A stretch of DNA of 61,372 nt, taken from a virus. Taxonomy: Duplodnaviria > Caudoviricetes. A program made the translations under genes and the position numbers. Below, piece after piece: positions 45,847 to 55,212 of the stretch. The notes under the pieces were generated by a model. That model was not told the DNA's origin and did not search any database. It worked only from the letters and a program-made list of their open reading frames with translations. The stretch covers positions 1-61,372 of the IMG/VR virus record IMGVR_UViG_3300021560_000002. One strand, 5' to 3'. Each line of letters starts with the position of its first letter. The first letter of the stretch is position 1.

Positions 45847-46269
45847 ATGGACCCAGCAACCAGCGCCGGAACAGCCCATGTCGGGAGCACGCTCATCGCC
45901 GTCGGTGCGATGCAGTGGCTCAAGAAGGCATCGTGGTTTCCGCTGCTCAAAGACGGGCAGCGCGTGCTAAACCGCACAGTCAGCGTATTCGTCGCCCTTG
46001 GGATTCAGGCGGGCATCAGCTACACCTACACGTCGACGGCCAACGGCGGCCACTCGATCACGCTTCTGCTGCCGAGCTACTACGCGATGGCCGTGGGCTT
46101 GTTCCACTGGGCGTCTCAGTATCTCTATCAGGAGACTGGCTATACCTTCCTCACCGGCCTGCAGGCGTTTCAGGAGGGAGCCGGGAAGCTCTCTGGCATC
46201 CTCGCACACATGCAGGACGTGACGGATACGCGCCGGGACGCGGTGAAGGTAGAGCCGGTAGTGCCGTAG
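45847..46269 (+). CDS. Membrane protein (holin-like)
   Basis: Two to three hydrophobic segments; GAGGAGG SD. Confidence 0.55.
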   Translation: MDPATSAGTAHVGSTLIAVGAMQWLKKASWFPLLKDGQRVLNRTVSVFVALGIQAGISYTYTSTANGGHSITLLLPSYYAMAVGLFHWASQYLYQETGYTFLTGLQAFQEGAGKLSGILAHMQDVTDTRRDAVKVEPVVP

Positions 46270-46300
46270 ACCAAGTCCAATCACAGGGGGCCAAGGGGCC

Positions 46301-46576
46301 ATGCACTTCGATATGACAATCACGCTGGGCGGCGTTATCCAGACTGTCTCCATTATCTGCGTCATCTTCGGCGGCGTATGGACGCTGCGCGGAAAGTTGG
46401 ATGCGCTGATGGAGACGTTTCAAGCGGACATTCGTGACGCCAACGAAGGCACGTACCGCCGCCATCGTCAGAACACGCAACGTCTTGACTTCATGCTGAA
46501 CTTGATTAACGCTTTGCGGCGGGACAACGGACAGGCGGAAATTCCCTGTCCGTACCGCACAATTCTCGACCCCTGA
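46301..46576 (+). CDS. Single-TM membrane protein (holin/antiholin-like)
   Basis: ITLGGVIQTVSIICVIFGGVW plus coiled segment. Confidence 0.6.
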   Translation: MHFDMTITLGGVIQTVSIICVIFGGVWTLRGKLDALMETFQADIRDANEGTYRRHRQNTQRLDFMLNLINALRRDNGQAEIPCPYRTILDP

Positions 46577-46597
46577 CAGGGGAGACGGAGGAAGCCG

Positions 46598-46804
46598 ATG
46601 TCACATTTCACCCGCGACCGCATGACCGGAGACCGCGACGAGACCAACGCCGAGGACGTCGCTCGGACGCGCCCGTTCGGGCAGACCCGCTATCACCATC
46701 GCAACGACCAGACCGACGAAGAACTCGACCGCGTCGCAGAGCCCGGCGAGGGCACTGAGGATCGCTGCGCCATCTTCAATCGCCAGCTCCGGGGAGAACG
46801 CTGA
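46598..46804 (+). CDS. Hypothetical charged protein
   Basis: GGAGG SD; TGATG coupling. Confidence 0.6.
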   Translation: MSHFTRDRMTGDRDETNAEDVARTRPFGQTRYHHRNDQTDEELDRVAEPGEGTEDRCAIFNRQLRGER

Positions 46805-46980
46805 TGCCGATTTCTAAGCACTACGGCGGCCACGGCGACGAGGTCATGTCGTCGATGAAGAAGACCTACGGCGACTCGGAAAAAGCCAAGCGCGTTTTTT
46901 ACGCTACCGAAAACGCCCGCAAAAACGACCGGAAGCCGCGCGGCCGCAAGCGCATCCGCAAGCAGGGCGGCAAGCGCTGA
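46804..46980 (+). CDS. Small basic phage protein (58 aa)
   Basis: MKKTYG...KAKRVFYATEN motif plus Arg/Lys tail. Confidence 0.7.
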   Translation: MPISKHYGGHGDEVMSSMKKTYGDSEKAKRVFYATENARKNDRKPRGRKRIRKQGGKR

Positions 46981-47008
46981 CCTCTGACGAAGACGAAGGA
47001 GTCCGCCC

Positions 47009-48385
47009 CTGCCCTCCTACACCTACATCACGCTCGCGCAGGCCCGGCAGCAGTTGGCCCAGCGGCTTTACGACGCCGCGCAGACGTTCTGGGCGTCCGC
47101 GGAACTCACCGTCTACATTGTCGAGGCGCTGCGCACCTTCAACGCGCTAACGTCGTTCTGGCGCGGAGACTTCGTCTTCAAGTCGAACGACCCCTCGCTC
47201 ATCGGAACGCAGTGGTACGACCTTACCGCCGTCGCCAACACGCTCCGCCCATACACCGTTACCGACGCATCTCTATTCCAGACCATCGAGTACCACCTGC
47301 TCGAGCCCGCGAACCTTCCCTCTGTCCCGTGGTCCGGCTCATCGCAATTCTCCGTCGACGACATCCTGCAAGCCATCGCGCGGCGCCGCGACGAACTTCT
47401 CTCGCTCACCGGATGCACGCAGACGCGGAGGCTCGTCGGCGCGGCCGCCGGACGCACTTTGCTCCCGGATACCGTCATCGACGTCCGCCGTCTCAGCTAT
47501 CTCCCGAATGCGCCCGGCGTCCCCTCCGTCCTGTGGCCCGCCGACGCTTGGGACGAGCAGTCGTTCAACGCCTTCTACACCATCCTCCCGGCGGGGACTC
47601 CCGGCACTCCCTCGACCTATCTCCTGTCGACGCAGCCGCCGCTTTCATTCGACGTCGATACGCCGCCGTCGTTCGCCGGCTCCTATGAACTCATCACCGT
47701 CGAGGCCGGGGCCGCGGCTAACCCCGCTGTGCCGTCGCTGCTCTCCATCCCCGACGACTGGTCGTGGGCGGTTAAGTGGGGGGCGCTGGCCGACCTGTTC
47801 TCCCGCGACTCTCTCTCCCGCGATCCTCTGCGCGCGGAATACTGCCAGCGCCGCTACGACATGGCGCAGCGGCTGCTGACATCGGCCCCGGCGCTGCTCG
47901 CTCTGCGCCTCGATAACGTCGCGCTGCAAATCGACTCCCTGCGCCTGCTCGATCTCTACGACACTTCGTGGGAGGCGCAAGCAGCCGGGACGCCCCTCGC
48001 TGCCGGGCACGCGGGACTCAACCTAGTCACGCTTGCCCCTGCCGCCGACACCAACGGAGCCGCCGGGTTCTACATGCTCGACGCCACGGTCGTCTCGAAC
48101 GCCCCGGTTCCCTCCGTCGACGCCGACCCCGTGCAGGTCTCCCGCGACGACTTAGACGCCGTGCTCGGCTATGCTCAGCACCTGGCGACGCTCAAATCCG
48201 GCGGCGCAGAGTTCACCGCCACTCTCCCGCTGCTCCAGCGCTTCCTCGACCAGTGCGCCGTCTACAACTCAAAGCTGCGGGAGTTCGCCGAGTTCACAAC
48301 CACGCTGCTCGGCGTCTCGGCGCGCGAGTCCCAGACCAATCCCCGGATGGAGCCGTCTACTGTGGAGGCCGCCAGTGGCGAGTGA
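47009..48385 (+). CDS. Tail adaptor/tubular protein (CTG start proposed)
   Basis: AAGGAG 7 nt before in-frame CTG gives (M)PSYTYITLAQARQQLAQRLYD..FW...EL..YI.EA; two adaptor-like repeats. Confidence 0.7.
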   Translation: MPSYTYITLAQARQQLAQRLYDAAQTFWASAELTVYIVEALRTFNALTSFWRGDFVFKSNDPSLIGTQWYDLTAVANTLRPYTVTDASLFQTIEYHLLEPANLPSVPWSGSSQFSVDDILQAIARRRDELLSLTGCTQTRRLVGAAAGRTLLPDTVIDVRRLSYLPNAPGVPSVLWPADAWDEQSFNAFYTILPAGTPGTPSTYLLSTQPPLSFDVDTPPSFAGSYELITVEAGAAANPAVPSLLSIPDDWSWAVKWGALADLFSRDSLSRDPLRAEYCQRRYDMAQRLLTSAPALLALRLDNVALQIDSLRLLDLYDTSWEAQAAGTPLAAGHAGLNLVTLAPAADTNGAAGFYMLDATVVSNAPVPSVDADPVQVSRDDLDAVLGYAQHLATLKSGGAEFTATLPLLQRFLDQCAVYNSKLREFAEFTTTLLGVSARESQTNPRMEPSTVEAASGE

Positions 48386-51300
48386 GCAGTTCAATCGGCC
48401 GCGCGCGGGACTGCGCTACGCAGGCATCGGACTGCGCACGACAGACGTCGCCGACGCCTTGCCGCCCAACCGCTCGCCTTACCTCCAGAACGTACGCACG
48501 ACGCGGGACTCGAACCTGCAGACACGCCCTGGCCAGACGCTATCCTTTGCGCTGACCGGAGACACCGCGCATTACATCGCCGACCTGCGGGCCTACTCGG
48601 CCCTCGGAACCGACAATCTCCCCCGCGTTGTCGCCTACGCCGTCGATGGCCGCGTTTGGCTCGACTCTGGCGCAGGTGTCGTCGGCTCGCTCGCCATTAC
48701 CTCGGCGACGCCGCTCGGCGCGTCTCTCATCCCGTTCCGCCCGAACCAGTCTCCTGTCCCGTACCTCTACATTGCCAACGGGACCGACTATCAGAAGTTC
48801 TCGGCTCCCAGCCCCGCCGTGACGCAGCAGAAAGTGGGAATCGCCGAGCCGCAGTCTCCGCCCGACGCCGCTCTGGATTCCCTCGCCATCGGCCAGTTCA
48901 CCTTCACCGGAACCTATACCCACGGCGGCACGGCGACCGGCGTGACCGGAGGCTCCCGCGTCTCGGACATCGCAGGCACGGTGCTGCCGGACCCGACGCC
49001 AGGCTCGGCCGTCTGGTCTATCCAAGTCTCCTCGTCGATCTCCTACCAAAAGCTGATGCAGGTAGCGATTGGCCCGACGGTCTTCGTGATCCAGGACGTC
49101 ATCCCGCCGCTCGCTACCGCCCTTGCCATCTCCGCGATCGCCTACTTCACCGGGACCACCGGGCGCTGCATCATCGTTCCGGCTAACCTATCCGCAGGCC
49201 CCGGCAGCGAGGAATCCTCCATCTACACGCAGAATATCCTCGCGTCGCTGCGCCGCGGAGCGCTCATCTCCGTCGGCGCAGAAGTCTGCATCGTTTGGTC
49301 GGTGACCATCGGCCCTGACGGCTCGGTAGCCATCGAAACCTCGACGACCGGGACGCACACTATCGCCGACTCACTGACATCGCTGCCGACGGTGACCGTC
49401 GTCGGCGGCTCTCCCACCGCCGGGCAAGGCATCGCCGCCGCACAAGTCTCCTATCAGGTGGCATCGGGCGTTGGCACGCAGACCGCCACGCTCAACACAA
49501 ACCCCTTCGTCACCTCCGGCGGCACGGCGTTCCAGCCCGACGACCTCATCTCCGTCGGCATTCTGCTCAACGTCGCCCTAGACAACATCCAGACGCTCAC
49601 CGAGGTCAAACTGCTGATCGACATCGACGACGGCTCGTTTACCAAAAACTTCTACTACTACGCCATCCGCGCGTCCGACATCGCGCAGGCGCTCGCGCCG
49701 ACGAACCCGCAGACACAGCTGGCCGTCGCGCAGACGGTGGACCAGCGCGCGACCGTCGACGAGGAAGCTGCCGCCGCCGCCAACAACCAGCTCGCGACGG
49801 CGTCGTCGGCACAGCTCGTCCCCGGAACCGACCAATGGACGCAGATTGTTTTCCCGATCTCCGCGTTGACGCGCGTCGGCGGTGACCAGACCAAATCGCT
49901 GCAGAACGCCGTCAAGATCCAGTTCCTTTGGAATTGCACAGGGACGATCAACGTGGCAACCGATAACGTTGTCACCGTCTTCGGCACGAACCAACCCGAC
50001 GTCGGCGATGTCGGCGCTCCCTATCAATACCGGGTGCGGCCGCGATCGTCGGTCACCGGAGCCGTCGGCAACCCCTCCCCCGAGACACGCTACGGAGTCT
50101 CCGCCCGGCGCACGTCCGTCCTCGTCGCTCTCCCGTCCGCCGCCTACGACGCACAGATCGACACCTGGGACGTCTTCCGCTACGGCGGCTCGGTCAACTC
50201 TTGGCGGCAGATCGGCTCGACGCCGTCGTCGAACACGTCCTTCGTGGACAATTTCGACGACGCTGCAGCGACGGCCGGCGACGCACTCGACTTCGACAAC
50301 TTCGAGCCGTGGCCGTCGGTCGACATTCCTCTGAACGCCACGACGATCTCAGTCACCGGAACCATCGCGCTCGTCACCATCGCTGCGCCGACCAACGCTC
50401 TGCGCTTTCTCCCCGGCAACCTCGTGCAGCTCGGCGGACAGAACGTCGTCACGCTGCGCTCGCGCCCGGTGTTAATCTCCGGCACGACATATCGCTTTGA
50501 GTTCGAGGAGAACGCCGGGGCGCTGGGAGCCGTCTCCGTGCAGATCTACGAACCAGCTCTCGCCCGCCAGTTCCTCCCGTATATGTTTGGCCCGGACGCC
50601 TCGGGCACGGTGCTAGCTGTCGGCGACCCGCTCCGTCCCGGCACGCTCTACTTCGCCAAGCCGTCCCAGCCGGACTCTGCGCCCGACTCCTATAACATCG
50701 AAATCACGCCGCCGTCGGAGCCTTTGCTCGGCGGTGTCATCGTCGACGGCCTGGCGTTCGTCGCGTCGCCGGAACGCTGGTGGGCGCTCTACCCGCAATT
50801 CGGCAACGCGGCGCAGCGGTACTCCGTCGTGCAGCAGCCGGCGCTGCGCGGACTGGCCGCTCCTCGTGGCCTCGCCACCGACGGCGTCTCGTTCTACTAC
50901 TGGGCCAAGGACGGCATTTACTCCTCGACCAAGGGACTGCTCACCGCCGACCTCTATAACCTGTTTCCACACGACGGCGTTCCCGGCGTCAACGTGACCT
51001 ACAACGGACGCACGGTGTTCGCTCCCGACTATCGCTACGCGCAGCAGTTTCGCCTCACCTTCTCCAATGGCTACCTCTACGCCATCTACGCCGACCAGAC
51101 ACAAACCTTCCGCTGCCTTGTCTACGATGCTCTCCGTGCGGCTTGGACTCTCGACGTCTACACCCCGCCCGTCTCCGCCTGCTACCACCCGGAGCAACAG
51201 GCCGGAACGCTGCTCGACACGGCGACTCCCACGCGCTACCCGGAACTGCTGATGGCGACGATGCCGTTCGTCTCCCACACGCCGCAGTCCGCGGCCGTCG

Positions 51301-52022
51301 TCGTGCAGACCGACCTCTCCGACGACTACGCCGGGCAAATCGCCTGCATCGTGGATTCCGCCGAAGCCTCCGCCGGAGACGACCGCGCGCCGAAGCAGTG
51401 GGGCGACCTATTCGTCGATGTGACGCCCGTCGCCGCTGGAGCCGCGCTCACTGCGCAGCCGATGTCGCTCGGAGCCGCCGCTGCGCCCGCCGTCGTCGTC
51501 CCGGCGACCACGCTGCGCACCCGCACTCCCGTATCGGTCGGCGGCATCGTCCTCTCCGCCTACCTCGGACTCGAACTAACTTGGACGGACAAGTATTCCG
51601 GCGGCGGTCAGACCGCCCCGACGCGGCTGCACCTCTGGCAGCCGTCGTTCGCCATCCAGCCCGCCGCGACCGTCGCGTGGGCGACCATCGGCTCGAACTT
51701 CGGCTGCGAAGGCTACTTCCACATCCGCCAGCTCGTCCTCGCGTATATATCGTCGGCGGCGATTACCCTGACGCTGACGCCGTTCGACGGCCAGGCCCCG
51801 GCGGTGGTGACGCTGCCGTCGTCCTCTGGCGTCCTCGTCAAGCGTTTCTTCCCGCTGACGGCGAACAAGGGGCTGCTGTATGCCGTCGCTGCGGCATCGT
51901 CGGCTCCGTTTCAACTCTACCTCGACGACTCGGAAATCGCCGTCGGGCCGTGGGCGCGCACTGGACCCTACGTCATCGCGCGCGACTTCGGAGGAAGGAC
52001 GGTGGAGAATGCCGCGATCTAA
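48375..52022 (+). CDS. Tail tubular/stabilization protein (P22 gp10-like)
   Basis: 1215 aa; G.....D.LPPN....LQNV start, LYFAKP..PD, FYYWAKDGIY, LVYD....W beta-propeller patterns; GGAGG SD. Confidence 0.75.
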   Translation: MASEQFNRPRAGLRYAGIGLRTTDVADALPPNRSPYLQNVRTTRDSNLQTRPGQTLSFALTGDTAHYIADLRAYSALGTDNLPRVVAYAVDGRVWLDSGAGVVGSLAITSATPLGASLIPFRPNQSPVPYLYIANGTDYQKFSAPSPAVTQQKVGIAEPQSPPDAALDSLAIGQFTFTGTYTHGGTATGVTGGSRVSDIAGTVLPDPTPGSAVWSIQVSSSISYQKLMQVAIGPTVFVIQDVIPPLATALAISAIAYFTGTTGRCIIVPANLSAGPGSEESSIYTQNILASLRRGALISVGAEVCIVWSVTIGPDGSVAIETSTTGTHTIADSLTSLPTVTVVGGSPTAGQGIAAAQVSYQVASGVGTQTATLNTNPFVTSGGTAFQPDDLISVGILLNVALDNIQTLTEVKLLIDIDDGSFTKNFYYYAIRASDIAQALAPTNPQTQLAVAQTVDQRATVDEEAAAAANNQLATASSAQLVPGTDQWTQIVFPISALTRVGGDQTKSLQNAVKIQFLWNCTGTINVATDNVVTVFGTNQPDVGDVGAPYQYRVRPRSSVTGAVGNPSPETRYGVSARRTSVLVALPSAAYDAQIDTWDVFRYGGSVNSWRQIGSTPSSNTSFVDNFDDAAATAGDALDFDNFEPWPSVDIPLNATTISVTGTIALVTIAAPTNALRFLPGNLVQLGGQNVVTLRSRPVLISGTTYRFEFEENAGALGAVSVQIYEPALARQFLPYMFGPDASGTVLAVGDPLRPGTLYFAKPSQPDSAPDSYNIEITPPSEPLLGGVIVDGLAFVASPERWWALYPQFGNAAQRYSVVQQPALRGLAAPRGLATDGVSFYYWAKDGIYSSTKGLLTADLYNLFPHDGVPGVNVTYNGRTVFAPDYRYAQQFRLTFSNGYLYAIYADQTQTFRCLVYDALRAAWTLDVYTPPVSACYHPEQQAGTLLDTATPTRYPELLMATMPFVSHTPQSAAVVVQTDLSDDYAGQIACIVDSAEASAGDDRAPKQWGDLFVDVTPVAAGAALTAQPMSLGAAAAPAVVVPATTLRTRTPVSVGGIVLSAYLGLELTWTDKYSGGGQTAPTRLHLWQPSFAIQPAATVAWATIGSNFGCEGYFHIRQLVLAYISSAAITLTLTPFDGQAPAVVTLPSSSGVLVKRFFPLTANKGLLYAVAAASSAPFQLYLDDSEIAVGPWARTGPYVIARDFGGRTVENAAI

Positions 52023-52347
52023 GCCACGAGCGACGGCGCCTGCTGCGACCGCTCAGCGCTGGTATCCGACGACACAGCAACTCTCCGACCCGGCGACGCT
52101 GGAGCGCTCGTTCCGGCAACTCCTGACGCAGCACTACGCGCTGCAGGATGAGGTGGCGGCGATGAAGACGGCGCAGGCAGCGGGAGGGACAGGCGCGACC
52201 GCTACGGCTCCCAAGTATCCCCCCGGCTCCGGGCCGACCGACACGCAGCTCTGCGGCCTGCACGTCGAGCCCGTCGACCCCGGCGCGCTCGCTGATGGCA
52301 CGAAGCTAACCTATGTCAAAAAGACGGGGACATTCAAGTTCATGTAG
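52009..52347 (+). CDS. Hypothetical tail protein
   Basis: GGAG SD; overlaps the end of the stabilization gene. Confidence 0.6.
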   Translation: MPRSKPRATAPAATAQRWYPTTQQLSDPATLERSFRQLLTQHYALQDEVAAMKTAQAAGGTGATATAPKYPPGSGPTDTQLCGLHVEPVDPGALADGTKLTYVKKTGTFKFM

Positions 52348-52393
52348 CCGAGGTACGGGGAACGTGGTATAAGCGCAAACGGAGGAATAGACG

Positions 52394-52837
52394 ATGACGA
52401 CGTCGGTTCAGAAGAACAAATACGGCCCTTTCTGGCCCCAGGGATGTATCCTAGTCCCGACTCCCGGCACCCCAGTTCGTCTCACGTCACTCATTGACCC
52501 GAACTCTGTCAACGCTCCAGAAGCCGCGACCTCGTCCACCGCCGACGAATACACACCAGCGTTCCACACTATCTTTCTCCAAGGGTATACGACCAACGGC
52601 GCGCCGGGAAATCACGGCCTCGTCCCGAACTCCGGCAATATCTACGTCATCATCAAGGGCGGCGCGGGATCTAACAATCGCGACGACTCCGGCTCGATCC
52701 TCTACGTCCTCGGTCCGGGACTCAACCTGTTCCTGAACGCAGCCGAGCTAAACCTGAATGCCTTCAACCCCTATCAATTCTGGTTCGACGCTGACACCGC
52801 CAACGACGGCGTGCTGGCCGTGGGAGTCGTGGGATGA
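52394..52837 (+). CDS. Putative virion structural protein (jelly-roll)
   Basis: TPGTPVRLT, NSGNIYV, FDADTANDGVL; GGAGG SD; no signal peptide. Confidence 0.7.
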   Translation: MTTSVQKNKYGPFWPQGCILVPTPGTPVRLTSLIDPNSVNAPEAATSSTADEYTPAFHTIFLQGYTTNGAPGNHGLVPNSGNIYVIIKGGAGSNNRDDSGSILYVLGPGLNLFLNAAELNLNAFNPYQFWFDADTANDGVLAVGVVG

Positions 52838-52851
52838 ACGGGAGGCGCGGA

Positions 52852-53460
52852 ATGAACGTTCTCAAGCTGTCGCTAAAGCTGTCGCTAGCCGCTGCCGTCG
52901 TCGTCGCTCTCGCCGCGCTGCCATCCCGTCCGCAATCCGGCGGCTCCGGCCCTCCGTTCAACGCACAGTTCGGCGCGGGAGCTCCGACGGTGAACTGTAC
53001 GCCGCCGTCGCAGGGGGCGCTGGCCCGGATGCTCTACTGGGACACGACCAACTTCGTCTGGTATTACTGTTCGGCGGCGAACACTTGGACGTTGTTCGGC
53101 TCAGGCGCAGCCCCTGCCACTCGCTATACCATCCGCACCTGCCAGCCGGGTCTAGGCGATGGCCTAAACGCCATCCCCGCAGGAACCTATCTGGTATCGG
53201 AATGCTTGAACGAGTTCGGCTCGACGTTCACAATCACCGCGATTAAATGCTTCACTGACAACAACGGGACGAGCACGCTCAATGTGACGAACTCGGCGGC
53301 GACTGGTCTTCTTACCGGCGCGGTTACCTGCACAAACGCATTCGCCGCAGGAACGCAGAGCGCGACAACTACGCTGGCATCCGGGGATTATGCAAAATGG
53401 ACTTTCGTTGCTGACGGCACGTCGAAGCAAGTGACCTTCGTTCTTACGGGGACGCTGTAA
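52852..53460 (+). CDS. Short fibre/adapter with signal peptide
   Basis: MNVLKLSLKLSLAAAVVVALAALPSRP|Q; GAGAP..C.....LYWDTT...YYC..ANTW fibre knuckle; six Cys (alternative start 52834). Confidence 0.7.
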   Translation: MNVLKLSLKLSLAAAVVVALAALPSRPQSGGSGPPFNAQFGAGAPTVNCTPPSQGALARMLYWDTTNFVWYYCSAANTWTLFGSGAAPATRYTIRTCQPGLGDGLNAIPAGTYLVSECLNEFGSTFTITAIKCFTDNNGTSTLNVTNSAATGLLTGAVTCTNAFAAGTQSATTTLASGDYAKWTFVADGTSKQVTFVLTGTL

Positions 53461-54236
53461 TGCGACGCTGGATACTGTTAACACTAGCAGCGTTGGCTTG
53501 CGGAGCTTCGGCTCACGCCGCCTGCTCTAACACAGCTTTTGGGGCTGCGACGTGCATACATGCCGCCAGCAACACCAATGCCAGTAGCGGCAGTTCCGTG
53601 ATAACAACCCTTTCAACTACGGCTGGTCATCTCTATGTCTTGCAAGCCCAATGGTGTCAAAACAGTAGCTGCAACTCAGCAACGACTAGTAGCAACGGAA
53701 CCATAGCTGCAACCGGATGTACGGAGACTTTCCATGTCGCCGCCGCCAGCACCGCCGACTTGAGTTTTAGCGGTGTTTTTATGGCAGTCAAAACTTGGTA
53801 TGTATTCAATTCAGCCGGTAGCTGTACCAGCTTCACAATAACGGTTACTGGATCGCCTTTCTATATGCAACTTGCGGTTAGCGAATGGAGCGGCCCTTCT
53901 TCTTTTTCGCAGACGGACAGCTATGACAAGGGGGGCACGGCTATCTTCAACCCTTGCACGACTTGTACCGTCAGCACTTCATCTTCCACCACACACGCGA
54001 CGGAGCTTATCATCGGATTTGAGAATAATGGCGGACAAACCGCAACGCCAGTGTCACCAGCTATAGTGGTTGTCGTCAATGCGACGAACGGCCGAGCTTT
54101 CGTAGCCGCTAATACGGTTAGTTCCACGGGTACGCAGTCAATGTCATGGACGCAATCGTCAAGTTCCGCGCAAATGGCGCTAGCTACGTTCAATCTGGGT
54201 TCACCCATACCAAGGAAGAAAATGGGGCCGTTTTGA
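53460..54236 (+). CDS. Secreted Cys-rich beta-sandwich protein (putative adhesin)
   Basis: MRRWILLTLAALACGASAHA|A; eight mature Cys; lower GC than its neighbours. Confidence 0.72.
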   Translation: MRRWILLTLAALACGASAHAACSNTAFGAATCIHAASNTNASSGSSVITTLSTTAGHLYVLQAQWCQNSSCNSATTSSNGTIAATGCTETFHVAAASTADLSFSGVFMAVKTWYVFNSAGSCTSFTITVTGSPFYMQLAVSEWSGPSSFSQTDSYDKGGTAIFNPCTTCTVSTSSSTTHATELIIGFENNGGQTATPVSPAIVVVVNATNGRAFVAANTVSSTGTQSMSWTQSSSSAQMALATFNLGSPIPRKKMGPF

Positions 54237-54667
54237 TGACGACGACCGACATCACCTACCGCTGGATCGATGGCCCCACGGCCTCCGACGCCGATTGGAC
54301 GCGCATCGACGGCATCCTTGCGACGCGCGGCTGGATGCGGCTTAACCGCCGCGTCACGCGGATACTCGTCGCTGAGTCCGACGGCGGCACGCTCCTCGGC
54401 TTCTTCGTGTTTCAACTCGTCCCGCACACGGAACCGTTGTGGGTCGCGCCGTCCGCACGCGGCACCGACATCCCGCAGCAACTCGCCGACCGGATGCGCG
54501 AGTTCCTAGTCGCCGACGGCGCGCGCGGTTGGATGCTGGTCGCCGACTCTCCCGTTGTCGAGCGCATGGCGCGGGAGCGCGGAATGCGGCGCGTCGAATC
54601 TCCGGTCTATATCGATGTCGCGGAGTCACGCTCAAAGGAGGCCGCCGATGGCAGGCATATTCAGTAA
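54236..54667 (+). CDS. GNAT-fold protein of the virion morphogenesis module
   Basis: WVAPSARGT motif A, RMARERGMR; lies before the ejection proteins as in many podoviruses. Confidence 0.7.
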   Translation: MTTTDITYRWIDGPTASDADWTRIDGILATRGWMRLNRRVTRILVAESDGGTLLGFFVFQLVPHTEPLWVAPSARGTDIPQQLADRMREFLVADGARGWMLVADSPVVERMARERGMRRVESPVYIDVAESRSKEAADGRHIQ

Positions 54668-55199
54668 AGGCGCTACCACCGACCGCGACGCCGTTCGCCT
54701 CGGCCGCACGTTCGAGAAGAACGTTTTCCAGTTCGGTCTGCCGGCGGGAGAGGAATCCGTCGGCGCAGGACAGGCGGCGCAGGGCGCGGCGCAGAACTAT
54801 TTCTCGAACATCGTCTCAGGCTCCCGCGCAGGCATCATGCAGGCAGCGGCGCCGGAAATCGCCTCGACGCTCTCCGCGTCGGACGCCTCGAAGCGGCAGC
54901 TCGCGACGTCGGGCACCGCGCGCGGCGGTGGCGTAGCGTCCACGAACCAGCAGCGCAACGACGCGACGCGGTCGACCGTCGACAACTCCATCCTCGCCGC
55001 ACGCCCGGCCGCTGCGCAGGCTCTCGTCAACCTCGGCGGCTCCGAGGTCGCTGGCGGATCTGGCCTGCTCGGCATCACAGGCTCGACGGCCGGGAACCTC
55101 GCGTCGGAAGCCTCAGGCACTCGCCAACAGGACATCTCCTCGAACGAAGGCGCGTTCTCGACCATCGCCAACGCCATCGGCTTTGTGATGGGGCTCTGA
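54648..55199 (+). CDS. Putative DNA ejection/pilot protein
   Basis: Ala/Gly/Ser-rich amphipathic; AAGGAGG SD; podoviral position. Confidence 0.65.
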   Translation: MAGIFSKGATTDRDAVRLGRTFEKNVFQFGLPAGEESVGAGQAAQGAAQNYFSNIVSGSRAGIMQAAAPEIASTLSASDASKRQLATSGTARGGGVASTNQQRNDATRSTVDNSILAARPAAAQALVNLGGSEVAGGSGLLGITGSTAGNLASEASGTRQQDISSNEGAFSTIANAIGFVMGL

Positions 55200-55212
55200 G
55201 GAAGGGGGACGC

